This document shows, one piece after another, positions 1-15,158 of a stretch of 64,000 nt of DNA. The first letter of the stretch is position 1. Each line of letters begins with the position of its first letter. Source of the stretch: the human T2T-CHM13v2.0 reference genome, Homo sapiens. The stretch lies in assembly GCF_009914755.1 (NCBI RefSeq), contig NC_060932.1; one strand, 5' to 3'. The notes below the pieces were generated by a model that worked only from the letters and a program-made list of their open reading frames with translations, was not told where the DNA came from and ran no database searches. Position numbers and translations under genes: made by a program.

Positions 1-460
1 TCAGAGGGTACCTGTTTAGGTTAACTCTTCCTTTTTCTTTCTTCCCGTGTCATTTCCCAAAGACACTTCTGTGAAATTCTGCTATGAGCATGTTCCAGGT
101 CTGTTAAAATATGATAGCAATTTATCAAAGAACAGGTTTTCTTCAACCTTTGATCCCAAGACAAAGAACTTGGGATGGAAAGCCTGGGTCAGGGATCCCT
201 CCAGATCCCGAAGAATGCACCGCAGAGCTGGCTGCCATTATCCACACTTGGCTGCTGAGGGCTGGGTCAGACTGTCCTCTGCAGTTGAATTCTGAGAAAG
301 ACCATTAGCAGGAAGAGGATTAGGGAGGGAAGTGGCAGAAGTGGGTGAGGGTGAATGACATGCGCTGCCTGCCTCTTCTCCTGCCACCCCTGCTTTGGGT
401 AAGTTTGGGTGTCACACACTGTCAGCCCCTCAGATACCCACAGGGACTGGGGATGGGTGA

Positions 461-1440
<980 letters not shown>

Positions 1441-2827
1441 AGAGCAGAGGAGGAAAATTGCTTATGCAAGAAAGAAACTAGTGTAGTGTAGTCTACCCTG
1501 GAATGTATTTATTGCTTAGGAAATGTTTATTACTCAGCCTTAGTGTATGGACTGCATTCTCCCTTTTGCATTCTGTTTACTGAGACTGTAAGACATACCA
1601 ACTAGGTTTTTCTTCCAGCTTTGACACATAAGTTGCTGTGTGACGTCAGATTAGTCACTTTCCTTCTCTGAGCCTTCATTCCCATCTCTAAATAGATGGC
1701 CTGTGAGGGCTTGTTTGAAACTGACAGTCTAACATTTTAAAGGTTGTGTTCTCTTCCTAGTCTATTCTTCTTCTCCCCTAACGCTAAGCTTCGTTTTCCC
1801 TGAGCAAGCATGCTGTCCTCTTTTTCCTCCTCTAACTCCAGGTTGTAAAGTGACCTGCCACAGATATGTCAGAAGGCACATATCTGCTACTCAACCTCCA
1901 CATACTCCCTCAGCATGATACACACTGCAGCCCACCTCACTCCTTTCTTCATTGCCTTGTACTGTGACCACAAGGGCTTGCTTTTGAATGAAGCCTACAG
2001 CAAAACAGTCTTTCCTCATCACCCACTGTGGGGCCATTCCAAATATTAACCCCTTCAATATCCTATCCAGCACATGAATTGGTCAAACTGCCTTTTAGTC
2101 CTCACCTACATCCTGGACAAAGAACCTTGATACCTAAGCATCAGAAACAGGAGGCTTCTCTTTACCAGAACAAATGAAAGACATAAAACCCTGGTGCGAG
2201 GATTAGCAGCCCGTTTCTGCTTTGTAGAAAAGGAACAGATGCAACAGGGGAGAAGGACTTAAGGCTAAGATGAAATTAGGACTCTTGGGCCCCGACCTCT
2301 GCAAAGAGGTCCATTTGCAGCCCTGACTCTCCTCTCCCCAGGGTTCTTCTGACACCCTCTCCCAAGCCTGGCTCCTGCTGAGTTTGCTAGAGAACCTCTA
2401 GCAAAGCTCTCTCCAGCGAGACTCTCTCGGTCCACCTTACGCTGTCCTCCCTACCATCAGCCTTGCTTCTGGGTTTTCCTGATATCTCTGTAAGATCCTA
2501 TCAGTGTGGCATGTGAGATAATGAGTTTTACAAAGCTGCTTTCAGCCTCAGAGAGCGCACCCTGAGACTGAGAAGCTAAATCCATGTCTCCTGAAAACTG
2601 CTCTGGGCCAACGGCCGAACAATCAGGATTCTGCTCCTTTCTAGTTTCCTCCTCTCTACTTGCAACCACTCTAGTTTATTCTGGTCTAGTCTATCCAATC
2701 ATTTACTCACCACGTCCTTATTGAGAACAGGCTATGTTCCTGGTAGCAGTTACACAATGGTAAGCAACATAAACATGGGCCTCATTGTCAGGGAGCTCAT
2801 AGTTCGAATGAGAATAGCAAATAACAA

Positions 2828-2932
2828 AATATACATACATATATACATATCTATATCTATGTCTATGTTTGTATGTATCTCTCTCTATATATGTATATAT
2901 ATATATATACCTATATAGATACATAGATATAT
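2828..2932. repeat. TA-rich low-complexity repeat, probably within an old L2 fragment
   Basis: atatacatacatatatacatatctatatctat... runs. Confidence 0.75.
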
Positions 2933-3561
2933 AACTACAACTTGCGATAGGTGATATAAAAGAATAACAAATGCATAGGGAGAAAAATACTTTTGGGGCA
3001 TTTGAATACACGAAGAGGACAGAGAAAGATTTGCCCAATATTGGGAACTTAAGGTTGAGACATAAAAGTTCAAAGAATTCACTTATGGGAAGGAAGAAAA
3101 ACCTTCCAGGCAGAGGGGACAGTGCACGTGAAGGTACCAGGATAGCAAAGAGTAAGCTCACACGGAACAGAAGGGAAGCCGGCGAGAGTTTCATGGACAG
3201 AGTGAGGGCCACAGTGGAAAAGCATGAGTCTGAAAAAGTGGCCCAAGATCAGATCACGATTGCTTTGGAGACCAAGTAAGGGGCTTGGAGAGATTTAATA
3301 AAGAAAACAATAGTAAACTTGTAGGGATTTTGAAAATAAGTGTGACATGGAATGATGTACATTTTCAAATAAAATCCATGCTGGTTGGGAATCAGAAGGT
3401 CAAGTCAATCATCTAGGAAAGTGGAGGAGGATGGGGGTCCAGGAAAACCTCTACCACCATGCACTAGCATTCTCTATCCCCCTCCGAAAACACCTTCTAC
3501 CAAAGCCTTGCCTTTTGGTGCCAGTAAGCAATTAATGACAGTGCCATATCCTGTTATCTAG

Positions 3562-3722
3562 TGAGAAGCGAATTTGAATTGGACAGAATATGTGGTTATG
3601 GGACTGCCCGTTGCCGGAAGAAATGTCGCAGCCAAGAATACAGAATTGGAAGATGTCCCAACACCTATGCATGCTGTTTGAGAAAATGGGATGAGAGCTT
3701 ACTGAATCGTACAAAACCCTGA
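3562..3722 (+). CDS. DEFB104A: Beta-defensin 104 (hBD-4), coding exon 2; exon 1 not seen, presumably upstream of the window
   Basis: The phase-1 acceptor tatctag| is followed by (V)[55 protein letters not shown]. This has the six-Cys beta-defensin motif and is recognised as hBD-4. A/B copy not resolvable. Confidence 0.96.
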
Positions 3723-6700
3723 AACGCAGTAGTGCTGGTCCCTAGAGTCGCTGGAAGTAGGACCTCAGTAGCTTTCCTTCCTGCGGCCTAGCAGCAAGGG
3801 CATCCCCATTGCAACCACGGGTTCAGTTATCAAAGAAGGTTTGCTGAGCTTCCACTCAATGCAAAGCCAATATAGGAGATTGAAGAAGAATACAGGCTGG
3901 AAAGCCGCCTCTGGTTGTGATAATGGAGAATAACAATGGGAGTTAAGCATGAGTTTCAACACTTTATAAGTTGAACAAAAAATATGTCTACCTAATCAGC
4001 TATAAACCTAAGAAAAACATCATTTTTATCCTGATAATATTGGTTTTCTTTTCCGATCGAAAGTTTTGCTCAGGAGTTATATATATCGTGTGTTAATTAA
4101 AATGTAAAGTAAATCAATGTTAAGTGTGCCTTGTTTAGAATACACTATATTTCAAAACATAGACCTCTGAGGAGAAAAACAAAAGAGGTGATGTGTGATG
4201 ACAAGCTTGGGAACCCATTGGAGCTTAAGGGGTTGATCAAGTGGGCGTCTGTGGAGGGTCCCATCCAGCAGAGGGCAGCAGAGAGCAGCCCTGCGCTGAG
4301 CTGTGGATTCTTGATCCTGAAAACCTGTAAAGAAAGGTGAGTGATGAAACATTTGACCTGCCTGCCTTTCCTGTCCAAACCAAATTTTAAGGTAGTCAAA
4401 AGCTTCTCTCTTCGAAAGCAGTCCAGCTAATAAATGAGGAGTGTCGCCATTTTGCAAACACATAGGGAAACAGGGATCTAGCCAAGGAATGTCAACAGCG
4501 ATTAAAATAAGCCAGAAAGACAACCTGCTACCCTGTGCTTCCTAATAGAAGGACATAATGCCACGTACGAGCTTCTAGTCATGGTAAGCAGCATCATCCT
4601 CACCTTGTCATGGTGGAAACTGAGGCTGCATTGTGCCCTTTCTACCAAAACAGTGTAATGGCCCTTCGCGTAGGCATCGCCCAGCCTCAATATGTGGTTA
4701 GTCTTGTTTCATCCCTTGATAACTCTCTCCTAGATTATCTCAAATAAAAATAAATTATTTCAAAGGTGCCCATTTGAAAATACTCTAGAAGGTGTAACTC
4801 AGGGGGAAAGAACTCGTTTTGTAAAATAGAACCCCAATACTATTATCACCCCTGGAAAAAATCAGCATTCATTCCTAAATACAATTTAACAGCCAATCTG
4901 TATTCAAATGACCCTGAGCATTTCATAAGTGCCTTTTTAAGAGTTGATTTATTAGAATCTGGATCCTGGAAAGTCCACATACTGCCTCAGGTTGTTTACC
5001 TCCAAGGCCTCTTGCACAGATGGTGATGTGTACTTCTATTCCATCTATAAAATATTGTGCTGAAAATTGAGTGCATATCTGGGCAAGCCCCTAGGTCTCA
5101 ACACTGCAATTACAGGAAAAGAAGAAACTACTGAACCACCCCCAAGGATGCCACACTCCAAATGCAACATACAGAACACGCTATAAGACAATGTGACATT
5201 TATTTTAGTCTTACATTTTTTTAGACTCTTTTCATTATTCTCATATTTTGTATTTTATAAAATACTTTTAATACATAATCTCCTTTGATCCTCACCATAA
5301 ACTCTTGAATTAGGCATGGTAAGTGTCAACATCCTCACCTTTTAGGCACTGTTACTAAGGTTCAGACGGATTAGTGGTTTTCCTAACACTGGCCACGATA
5401 TTAGGCAAGACCAGGCCTAGACCCCACATCTCAAGTGCAGTTCAGAGGCAGCACAGCATGGCATGTACAAATACGCAAAGCCTGGAATCCCAGCTCTACT
5501 GCTTAGCAGCGGACCTTGGGAAGGTGACTTATTTGACTTGTACCTTGATTTCCCCTCCTGCCGTATGGCCATTCTGCCCAACAACACTTACAAACAGAGA
5601 TCCAACTGCTGACCCTGTGCTACAATTATTTTTTGTCTCCTTTTAAAATGTAATTTGATGCCTTGCCAAGGAGGCCATCTTGTACCTCCCAATGTAAATA
5701 TAGAGCAAAGCAAGGGACTTCTACAGACTTTAATCAACGCCACCCGCCGTAGTGGCCAGAGAGACAAGAACAAGCAGAAAGCAAAGCTATCTCATTGTCA
5801 GATAACGTAGAAAGCCTTGTATCGTGGTCTTCACTGAAGAGCCCTGGGTTTGGCTTGCCGTCCTGGTGTCCTATTGTTTTGCTCTCTAAAGAGGCTGGAT
5901 TCTGAAACAGCGCCCCCTCCCGCCCTCAGGTGTAATTCACATAGTCATATTAATGAACTGCTATCCTCAGCACTTAACGACATCACAAAGTCGCACTACT
6001 TTAATTTCAGGGCTTTACAGTAAAAGAACAAAGATAGATTGTTCTATTTTATTGTTTCCAGAATTGGCAGGAAATATTTAATAATTTGTACCTGATGCAC
6101 TACAAACACAATCAGAAACCCAATAACATTGCTACTTATCTTCTATCTCCAAAGGATGGATACAGATCTGAAGTCTGTAGTTCATAATGAATGATCAGTA
6201 ACCCTTTGAAATGTGCCTAATGAAAATCAACAGAAGGAAGGATTGTTTGGATATTTTTCACTTTTTAATTTATGCGTTTTTTATTATTTGAAGTTGAGAG
6301 AGAGAGACAGAGATTGACAGAGAAAATATCTGGGTGAGCAAATCACCACCCAGGTCCTTACTTAAATATCCAAAAGAGCAGAACTTGAAATTTTCAACGT
6401 GCAGGAGTTAAGGTTTTCCACACTGGCATATTCTCTTTCTTGCCTCCCAAGAGACATCCCATTAAATCCTGGAAAATATGACTGTGTAAAGGGGAAACAT
6501 ATTGCAGCCAAGTCTGTGCTCAGAAGTTGCTATAGAATCAACTTTCTCTTGCATTACCACATGACCCAAAGAAAATTAGCCTGGAAGAGTCTCACAGGTG
6601 AGTGAAGCAGAGATTCCTATGTAGATTTTCTTATCCCTGAATTTTAGATTGTGATATGTCCACAAGGACTGCTGGGACCTCAGTTTCATAGGCACAGAGG

Positions 6701-7194
6701 GCCCTGTGGGTAAAAATAGGTGGGGTCCTGAGTCTTCCCAACATGACAAAGTCAAAGACAGACACATGGTGAGTGGTAGAGCTGCCTTTGTGGCTGAATC
6801 CGAGAGAAAAAAATGGTCAACCTCTGAGGACTGGGAAGGGGCTGAAATGCTTTCCAGTTATGAGAAATTACACCCAAAATAATAAAAGCATCATGGCACC
6901 GTGGAGAAAAGATACTATTCCCGTGAAAAACTACATTTCTTCTTATGTCTGTGACCACCATGAACTCCTGCTCTTCCCCAAACAAATCTGTTGCCTTTCC
7001 CTTTAACTTTGAGCACCCCTTTGTTTATTTACATGGACTCCATTCTGTTAATAGTGTCTGCAGTGCATAGCCTCCTCCAGATCTTTAGTCTTTAATTAAC
7101 ACATATAGACACATCGCTTTTTCACTCATCCTCCATTTCCTCTTCTTAAAATATTGGTTAGGTCTCTAAGACAGTTTTCAGTTCCAAAATGTTA

Positions 7195-7538
<344 letters not shown>

Positions 7539-10500
7539 TTAAACTTATAACAATACCATGTTTTTATTACCAAAACTAAATGGTGTTTATGCCTTAGCGC
7601 TCATGAAAGGATTTCCTGTGTTCTTTCATATGCTGCCTTAAGAGCATTCTTGGGATGGCTGAAATGGCTACAGATCAAATCGACTTCTGAAAACACAATT
7701 CATTTTGTGATTCTGTGCATGAAAAAGAAACAAAATACCAAAGAATATTTTTGCACAATTCTCAAAGCTACTTCTTTAACCACGATCCAAAAGCAGTTTT
7801 CTCTCCTATCATGTAATTCTTCCTGACTGCTTTTTCCAAAGAAGACTCTAATATTTGTGTCTTTTCCATATATCAGTTATTTTCCCTAGAGGGGAATCTG
7901 TGCCTCTGTAAATGGCATTCTAGTTGGTCTTACAGACTGGTTAGCATGTTACAATCTCAGACTTAAGAATAAGAAAATCTGCATAGGAATCTTTGCTTCG
8001 CTCTTCTGTGAGTCTCCTCCAGAGAAACTTTCACTGGGTCATTTAGTAATGCAAAAGAAGAGTCTAAATTTGATTCTGCAGAGAACTTCTGATTCCAAAC
8101 TGGGCTACAATAGGGTTTTCCTTCTCGCATTCATATTTTCCAGGATTTACCAGGATGCTACTTGGGAAGCAAGAAGGAGGATGTGCCGATGTGGAAAATC
8201 TTACCCCCTGCACATGTGTGCAATTTCCAATAAGATCCTTCAGGAATATGTATTTGCAGAACTTCTTATTTGACAATAAAATCTTGATCATTTTACTTTA
8301 GCCCACCTACTTAGTCCAAACGAATCAAGATACCACATACTAAGCAGCTTAAAAAAAAAAGAATATGATTTATTGATTGAATGGACCAAAAAAAACTTGA
8401 AACAATTATTAGAATATTCTATAATGGGTTCTGCCATCCTCCCCCTCAGGATGGATGTGGCTTTTAGCAAGAGAATTATTCAAAGATTTTTTTAGGACAC
8501 AGAAATCTGGCAGAAGAGGACAGGAGCTGAGAGCATTGTTGTGTTAGGACAGATGTAACATTAATTGCCTTTATTACGACTTCACCAGCTTTTGCCTGTC
8601 AAAGAGCAGAACTAGGCTTTCCCGGCTGCTCTTTTTTAAGATTGTTCTTTTCAGAAGCATGGAAGAGGGGGCTTACTTTATCTCAAGACGTAGACAAAGA
8701 AAGTGAGATCTAACTATTTTTGGCTCAGTTTCTTCATTTAAATTATTTCAAATAATTCTAACGACTTAAAAGAAGATTCCGTTACCTGGGTGGTAATTAC
8801 TCAAATGCTGTTATATTTTAAGTCATGATTTTGATTAATGATTCATTACTATGAATATCTGAATGGTGGAATAGGCTTGTTTTTGTTTTCTTTCCTTTTA
8901 TAGAGAAGATAAAAATATATAGAAATAAGTTACCAATATACTCCAAAATTTCCATCACTGTTATAAAAGATCCACATTCCAAGTTTAAATAATTACAAAT
9001 ACAACTGTAAGAAGTTGCTATTGAACTAGAGTATAAAAAATACCCAGAGTATGTAGATGAGCGAATAAATCTTCATTTAGGGTTGAGGTAGAGCAGCTGT
9101 CTACCTCCTTTCTTGACTGTCTATGTTCTTCCAACATCCAATTATCAGAATTTGATGCAGTAAGTGATTAAAGAAACTTATCATGGGCCAGTTGTCACCT
9201 ATCTCCGCAGTGTTGCCCTGTGCTCTTGGAATTGGAAGACTTCCTAATTCCTTAAAGTGAAAGGATGTGAATGATGCTCCTGCTCTCCCTGACCAGCACC
9301 TCATGCTTTGCAGTGGAGAATCTGTCCTGAGACCCAAAAGATAGTGGCCTCCGCATTGTGCTGCCAGGGCAGCTGCTATGTGCAACTGTCCGCAGCTGCA
9401 AACCTTCCGCCCTTTGCTGGTGCTTCAGCGGATGCCCAGGTCTCTGTTGTCATTGCTGCCTCTTTCTCCATTTGCTTCCAGCTTTCTCCAGGTAGAGAGT
9501 AAGTATTTTTATTTACACAAATGACCTAAGTTGTTTTCTCTGTCTGGATTAAAATATACATGCAAATGAGACATATGAGATAAGCACTATCTTTTCCAGA
9601 CATCACTGATGTTACATTGGATGCTATGTGAATACAAAACTCTTCAACCAAAGCCTTCTTCACTTTAGTTAAGTCCAGAGCAGACTGTCTGGGTTACATG
9701 CATACCTGAGCTAATGCAGCCAAGTAAGAAACACACACTTGGTTAAAATGCTTAAAAAGATGAAGGAGAAGGGAAGACAAGTCCTCTGCTTGGATATTAC
9801 TAGAGGAGAAAACCCAGACTCAAACACAGATTTTTTTTTTCTTTTTTAAAAGAATTGAATTGGACCCAGTGACATCAACAGGAGGTGTCTGGGGGTAAAG
9901 AGAATGGAAAGGGGAGAGAAAAATCAAGACAACTCAAATAAGTTAAAATAGAAAGGAGGGGGGTCCAAAGTGAGGAAGGAGAAGTGGAGGGGACCAAGAA
10001 ACAGGGAGAGAGACTCAGAGAGGAGAAGAAAAAGAAAAGAACATTTTGAGCAGCCTTGGAACTCTCTGTATAACTTCAGGAAGGGATAGTTTGTAAAACC
10101 AGGTCCTACCTGTTATGTTGTGTGTCTTATGCATGATTTTTTAACACTAAAATAAAAACGCTCAGCCAACAGGATAGAATCGACATGGCAGTTTATTTAT
10201 GTCCCTGTTCTCATGAACATTAGGGGGCTTTTGAGAAGCGTTTGAGGACATTGGCAACTTTATGATAGTTATGTTTGTTCTGCCCCTCCATGCCTTTCAT
10301 CTTTCTGTTTCTCTCTGTTCTTCCTTATTCACCAAACCCACCCAAGGCATTCAGGCGTATTATTTACTTCCTGAAATATGTGTCTCAAGTGTTTGTTCCA
10401 CCAGCAGTGGGATAGTAGCGTGTCCACATTGTCCTTTGAGAATGAGAAGTCATCCTGGAGCACAGCTCTTCCCACGCTCCGGGCCCACACACCCAGCCTC

Positions 10501-10573
10501 ACTCCATCAAAGGAGCCCCGCTGCCTGCCCACCCACCCTGGGTGCTTTCTGGCTTGCAGTGCTCTTGGCAGAC

Positions 10574-10634
10574 ATGAGGCAACGATTGCTCCCGTCCGTC
10601 ACCAGCCTTCTCCTTGTGGCCCTGCTGTTTCCAG
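10574..10634 (+). CDS. SPAG11A: SPAG11/EP2 exon 1 (promoter A signal peptide)
   Basis: ATG at 10574 encodes MRQRLLPSVTSLLLVALLFP+G; 61 nt; donor ccag|gtaaaa. Confidence 0.96.
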
Positions 10635-11159
10635 GTAAAATGGAAAGGTGACCCGGGTCTGGGTGCCAGAATCTCTCTGCAATGGTCATCTGAGGTATGG
10701 GAGTCCAGGCTGGACAGGGAGAGATGAAGTCCTTGGGGCATGTATTCCTGGTGGAGCTTTGGGTACGAGTCTCTGAACTGGGTTCATAAATGGCACTCTG
10801 AATTGGCTGATGGCACTTGCTTCCCAGGGAAGAGTGTCCCTCCCCGACTCCATTTTCTTATCCTTTTAACATTCCCCTTTCCCTTACAGAGAAGAACATT
10901 ACATTTTAGGGAATCTTAACAACTGCATTAGTGACACTTGAAATAAATTCTCTGGCTGTGCTGGCTTTGAGGAGGTGCTCAGACTCACCATTCATGGCAT
11001 ACATTTCTTACACTTCATTCACCTTCTCTCTCTACACATAGGTGCATACAACGCATGTGCACAAATGTGCACACACACGGAACACTAGCACCCCTCCCAA
11101 CTCCCCCACCCAATCACCCATGCTCACTCACCTGGTAGAGTGTAGGTGCCTCATGCTGA

Positions 11160-11465
<306 letters not shown>

Positions 11466-12542
11466 TGAGCAGTCATTGTTTGGGGAAGACATGGTGCGGG
11501 TGCATTGGGCTGCCCTGCCTGTCAGGGAGACCACGGGGTCTCACAGCTTCCCCTGGGGCTGGATCATTGAGGGCCTTGTGGAACGTGGGAGTATTGAGGG
11601 GCCAAAAGGCAATTTATCTGAAGCCACACCTGTAATTGCTGGCTTCCTCCAAGAACAGGTGCCAGAGGAGACACTGGTGGAAACATGGCCTCCTGCCAGG
11701 TTGCAGCCCCATGCCCTTAGCTTTGGAGGTCGTTCCCGTTCAAGGAATTTACTGAATACCTACCTACTAAGTTTCAGGTGTCCATTGAGGTCTGGGAAAT
11801 GCTTCCTGAGGATGGGGGCAGAGAATAGACTGTATTGTCAGTCTACTCAGGCAAGGAGGTAGCAGGACATGGCAAGGGACAATTGAGCCCACAGCCACTC
11901 TTCTGGACTCTTCCAGAAGGGCCAGGCTTCTGGTCAGCCCCCAAACCCCTGGGCAGGACCAGCTTCAAATCCAAAAGGGCCTGGAAGAGCCTGTAGTTTC
12001 CAAGATGCTTCTTTAATGCCAAGCTGATTGCTGACCCTAAGACAGGGAGAACTAGGTTAGCAGATCAGTGGGCAAGAGCAAGAAAGACAGGAGGGTGTTG
12101 GCAAATTGCTGTGACATCCAGCAAATAAAGTCCTGCTGAATTTGATGCCTGCAGCATCCTACCCAACCTCCCATCCCTTTCTAATTGGCCCACAGTTCCA
12201 AAGGACTCATTCATCTGGATCTCCTCCCAAGGGAAGGGAAAAAGAAAACTCAATTATTACACAACAAATATAAACAGGTGCAATAGTAGGCGTGTGTTAT
12301 TTAGTCTAACAGTATTCCTGTGAGACAGGATTATTCCTTCCTTTGGTTAAAGGAGATTTAGTGGGGCAGAGCTATATATCTGGAGTTGATGTTTTAGTTT
12401 GGAACTTGAAGCTATTAACTATGGAAAGCTGTTTCATATCCATGCCACCCCCACCCTGTCCCTCACGGCTCAAATGACCACTGTTTGATTCTGGAGATGG
12501 TCTTAAGAAGCTAATGTTGGATTTTTTCTTTTTTTAATGAAG

Positions 12543-12670
12543 AACCTGCATCAGATTTAAAAGTTGTTGACTGCAGGAGAAGTGAAGGCTTCTGCCAAGA
12601 ATACTGTAATTATATGGAAACACAAGTAGGCTACTGCTCTAAAAAGAAAGACGCCTGCTGTTTACATTAA
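12543..12670 (+). CDS. SPAG11A: SPAG11 exon 3 (terminal defensin exon of isoform C)
   Basis: Acceptor ttttaatgaag| then EPASDLKVVDCRRSEGFCQEYCNYMETQVGYCSKKKDACCLH-TAA, with C-x6-C-x3-C-x9-C-x6-CC spacing. ATTAAA at 12666-12671. Confidence 0.93.
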
Positions 12671-13327
12671 AACTGATGTTGCTGATATAGAAACAAAGCT
12701 CTGCCACTTACCTGTTCTCCGGGGCCACGTTGTCCAATCAGGTGCAGGTTTTTTGCGGAAGTGTCTGAGCAGCAGGGAGCGGAGATATTGCCACTTGTGC
12801 CAGACAGTTCAAATATTTTATTGTGGCAAGATAAATGACAAAAATGCTACCTGTGATCTTACAGAAGATGACTTAGCTTGACATGAACAGAATTTTCAAA
12901 ATCACACAATTTGTGCTAGTAAATGTGGATATCATAAACTTTTATTAGAAAGAATTAAAATAATTTGTTCTTTTATTTAAAAACTATTTTTTGAATACCT
13001 ACTTCTATTCTAGGTACTGTGCAATGGAGTCCATTCTATTCTAAGTACTGTGAAATGTAGTTGAGGTGTCAGGTGTGTGGTCAAACCCATTCTCCATCAG
13101 CCCCATCATCTCCTACCTGCAGGCCAGTTCGAAGCCCTGTTCTCTAGCAGCAGCTGAGAGAGTGTGCAGGCAAATGCCTTCTGGGGAGATACTGAGAGCT
13201 GGGAGTTACTGCCTGTTCTCTTTGTGCTAAACCTGGAAGAATACCCTCTGGAAGTCCTCTTGTGCCCCTTTAAAACTACCCATTTGTTCTCTGTGGCCTT
13301 AGAAGACACAAAATGCAGAGACCCATT

Positions 13328-13961
13328 TATAACCCGATGGTGCTGTGCAATTCCAGGCTTTTGGTGTCCTGAACAAAGAACTGGATGTGATACTCAGACA
13401 GCAAAGCAAGCAGCAAAAGTGTGTGAAGCGCAGTATTACATTCCCGGAGAGGGGAGAGTGGGCTGACTTCTGCCAAATGAGATTAGCATGGCTTCGGTGT
13501 ACCTTGGGTCTTTTTATGTGTTTTTTCCCCTTCTCTTCGCAAGGCTGCCTGATCTTTTGCCGGTGCCTGCCTTTTGATAGATAGGTGTGTTGCTTAGTTA
13601 CTTTAGCCTGTGCGGGCTTGTGAATTGTCTCCATCCCATAATTTTAACTACATGCGTGATAGGTAGTCCATATGCATGAGCTTTAATGAGCTGATTATCA
13701 TACAGCATCCTGTTAAGGATACTTTTTCTCTTTAATGCGCATGCCTATCTCTGAAGAGCTGCCCCTTCCTGGTTTGATCTGGATCTTGCTGGCCATGGGG
13801 TCCTTGCTCTCTTCTTTATCTCACTTTTTCTTTTGGCTGCTTCACTTCTGCCTTTTATCTTGCTTCTTGCTCACCCACCCCTTCACCTTGCTTCTGTTTC
13901 TGCTTTTATTCACTCTATCCTTTATCCAACTTCCAATTTCCTCTGCAATTCTCCTGCCTCA
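13328..13961 (-). mobile_element. ERV1-class solo LTR (family uncertain) in a SPAG11 intron
   Basis: LTR-like segments caggcttttggtgtcctgaacaaagaactgga and a terminal ctcctgcctca, recognised by eye. Confidence 0.55.
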
Positions 13962-13969
13962 CATTAACT

Positions 13970-14760
13970 TCTAGAGATAAGTGATTTAGGAGCCAGTCCC
14001 CCAGGTGGCAGCTATAAAACTGTGCTTGAAGTATTCTCCTTCAAGGGAGAAGCTGGAGACCTGGATTTCTTGCTGGAGCTAGTCGAGAGGAGCAGGCGCA
14101 GTGCCTACCTATACCTCTGTTCAGGCTCCCACAGGTCTACTGTTCACCCTGCCCCTTTGGCTCCCAGATACAGACCCAGAAGTCAACCCTCAGGCAGCAG
14201 ATGGGAAAATGGGTAGATAAACCCCTTGCAGGTAGAAACCGGGAGGTGGGCATTTACCTGCCTGCTCTGGCCTGAGCCCAGGGAGAGAGCTGCCAAAAGT
14301 GCTTGCAAATCTGTGTCCCACCATCTCTTTGGTGTCTGTGGTTTAGGGAGACCTGCAGATGCCCAGCTCTATCAACCCTGAGCTGGGTGATTTAGGAGCC
14401 AAACCCCTGGGTGGGAAGCATAAAGGTCAGGGTACTATATGTGTGGTCCAAACCCTTCACTCCTCAGGGAGAAGCTAGGAGTTGGGACTTCCTTACCAAT
14501 TAATTGTAAGGTGTTATGTCTGGGATAGGGATTGTGCGGGGAGTGTGTCTCAGCTCTTCCCACCTGTTTTCACATGAATATTTTCTCAGTTGCTTGATGT
14601 GTAGTAGTCTTTCAATTAGTCCATCGTTTTCTCTCAGAAAGAACCGATCTGTGTGTTGATATTTCTTTGGTATATCCGTGGAAGGAAGGAAAGGCTGGAG
14701 CCTCTTAGTCCACCATCTTGCAGATATCAGTCTGGCACACCCTTGATTACTGTGTAGTTG
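13970..14760 (-). mobile_element. Probable old L1M 5' region with internal subunit repeats
   Basis: Repeated gtgatttaggagcca (13981, about 14387) and agggagaagct; tgtgtggtc(c)aaaccc is shared with about 13074. Confidence 0.4.
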
Positions 14761-14842
14761 AGCGTTTTTTCTTTTGTTTATTGATCATTTTTTCTCTTCT
14801 GTAAAATTTAATAGTTTTACTGGGTTACTACTTTATTCTCTT

Positions 14843-15158
<316 letters not shown>

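Noticed and set aside
2718-3279. 164-aa and 102-aa overlapping ORFs
   Set aside because: They span a TA-rich repeat and probable L2 debris in the DEFB104 intron; no recognisable protein.
4270-4342. Strong donor AAG|GTGAGT as a possible exon 1 for the 6.5-kb relic
   Set aside because: No ATG-led hydrophobic signal sequence precedes it.
9340-9470. Cys-rich reading CATVRSCKPSALCWCFSGCPGLCCHCC
   Set aside because: No in-frame start or acceptor noticed, and the spacing does not fit a defensin; likely TGC-rich composition.
10038-10052. Androgen-response-like element AGAACAtttTGAGCA near SPAG11 promoter A
   Set aside because: The second half-site is imperfect; plausible but not supportable from sequence alone.
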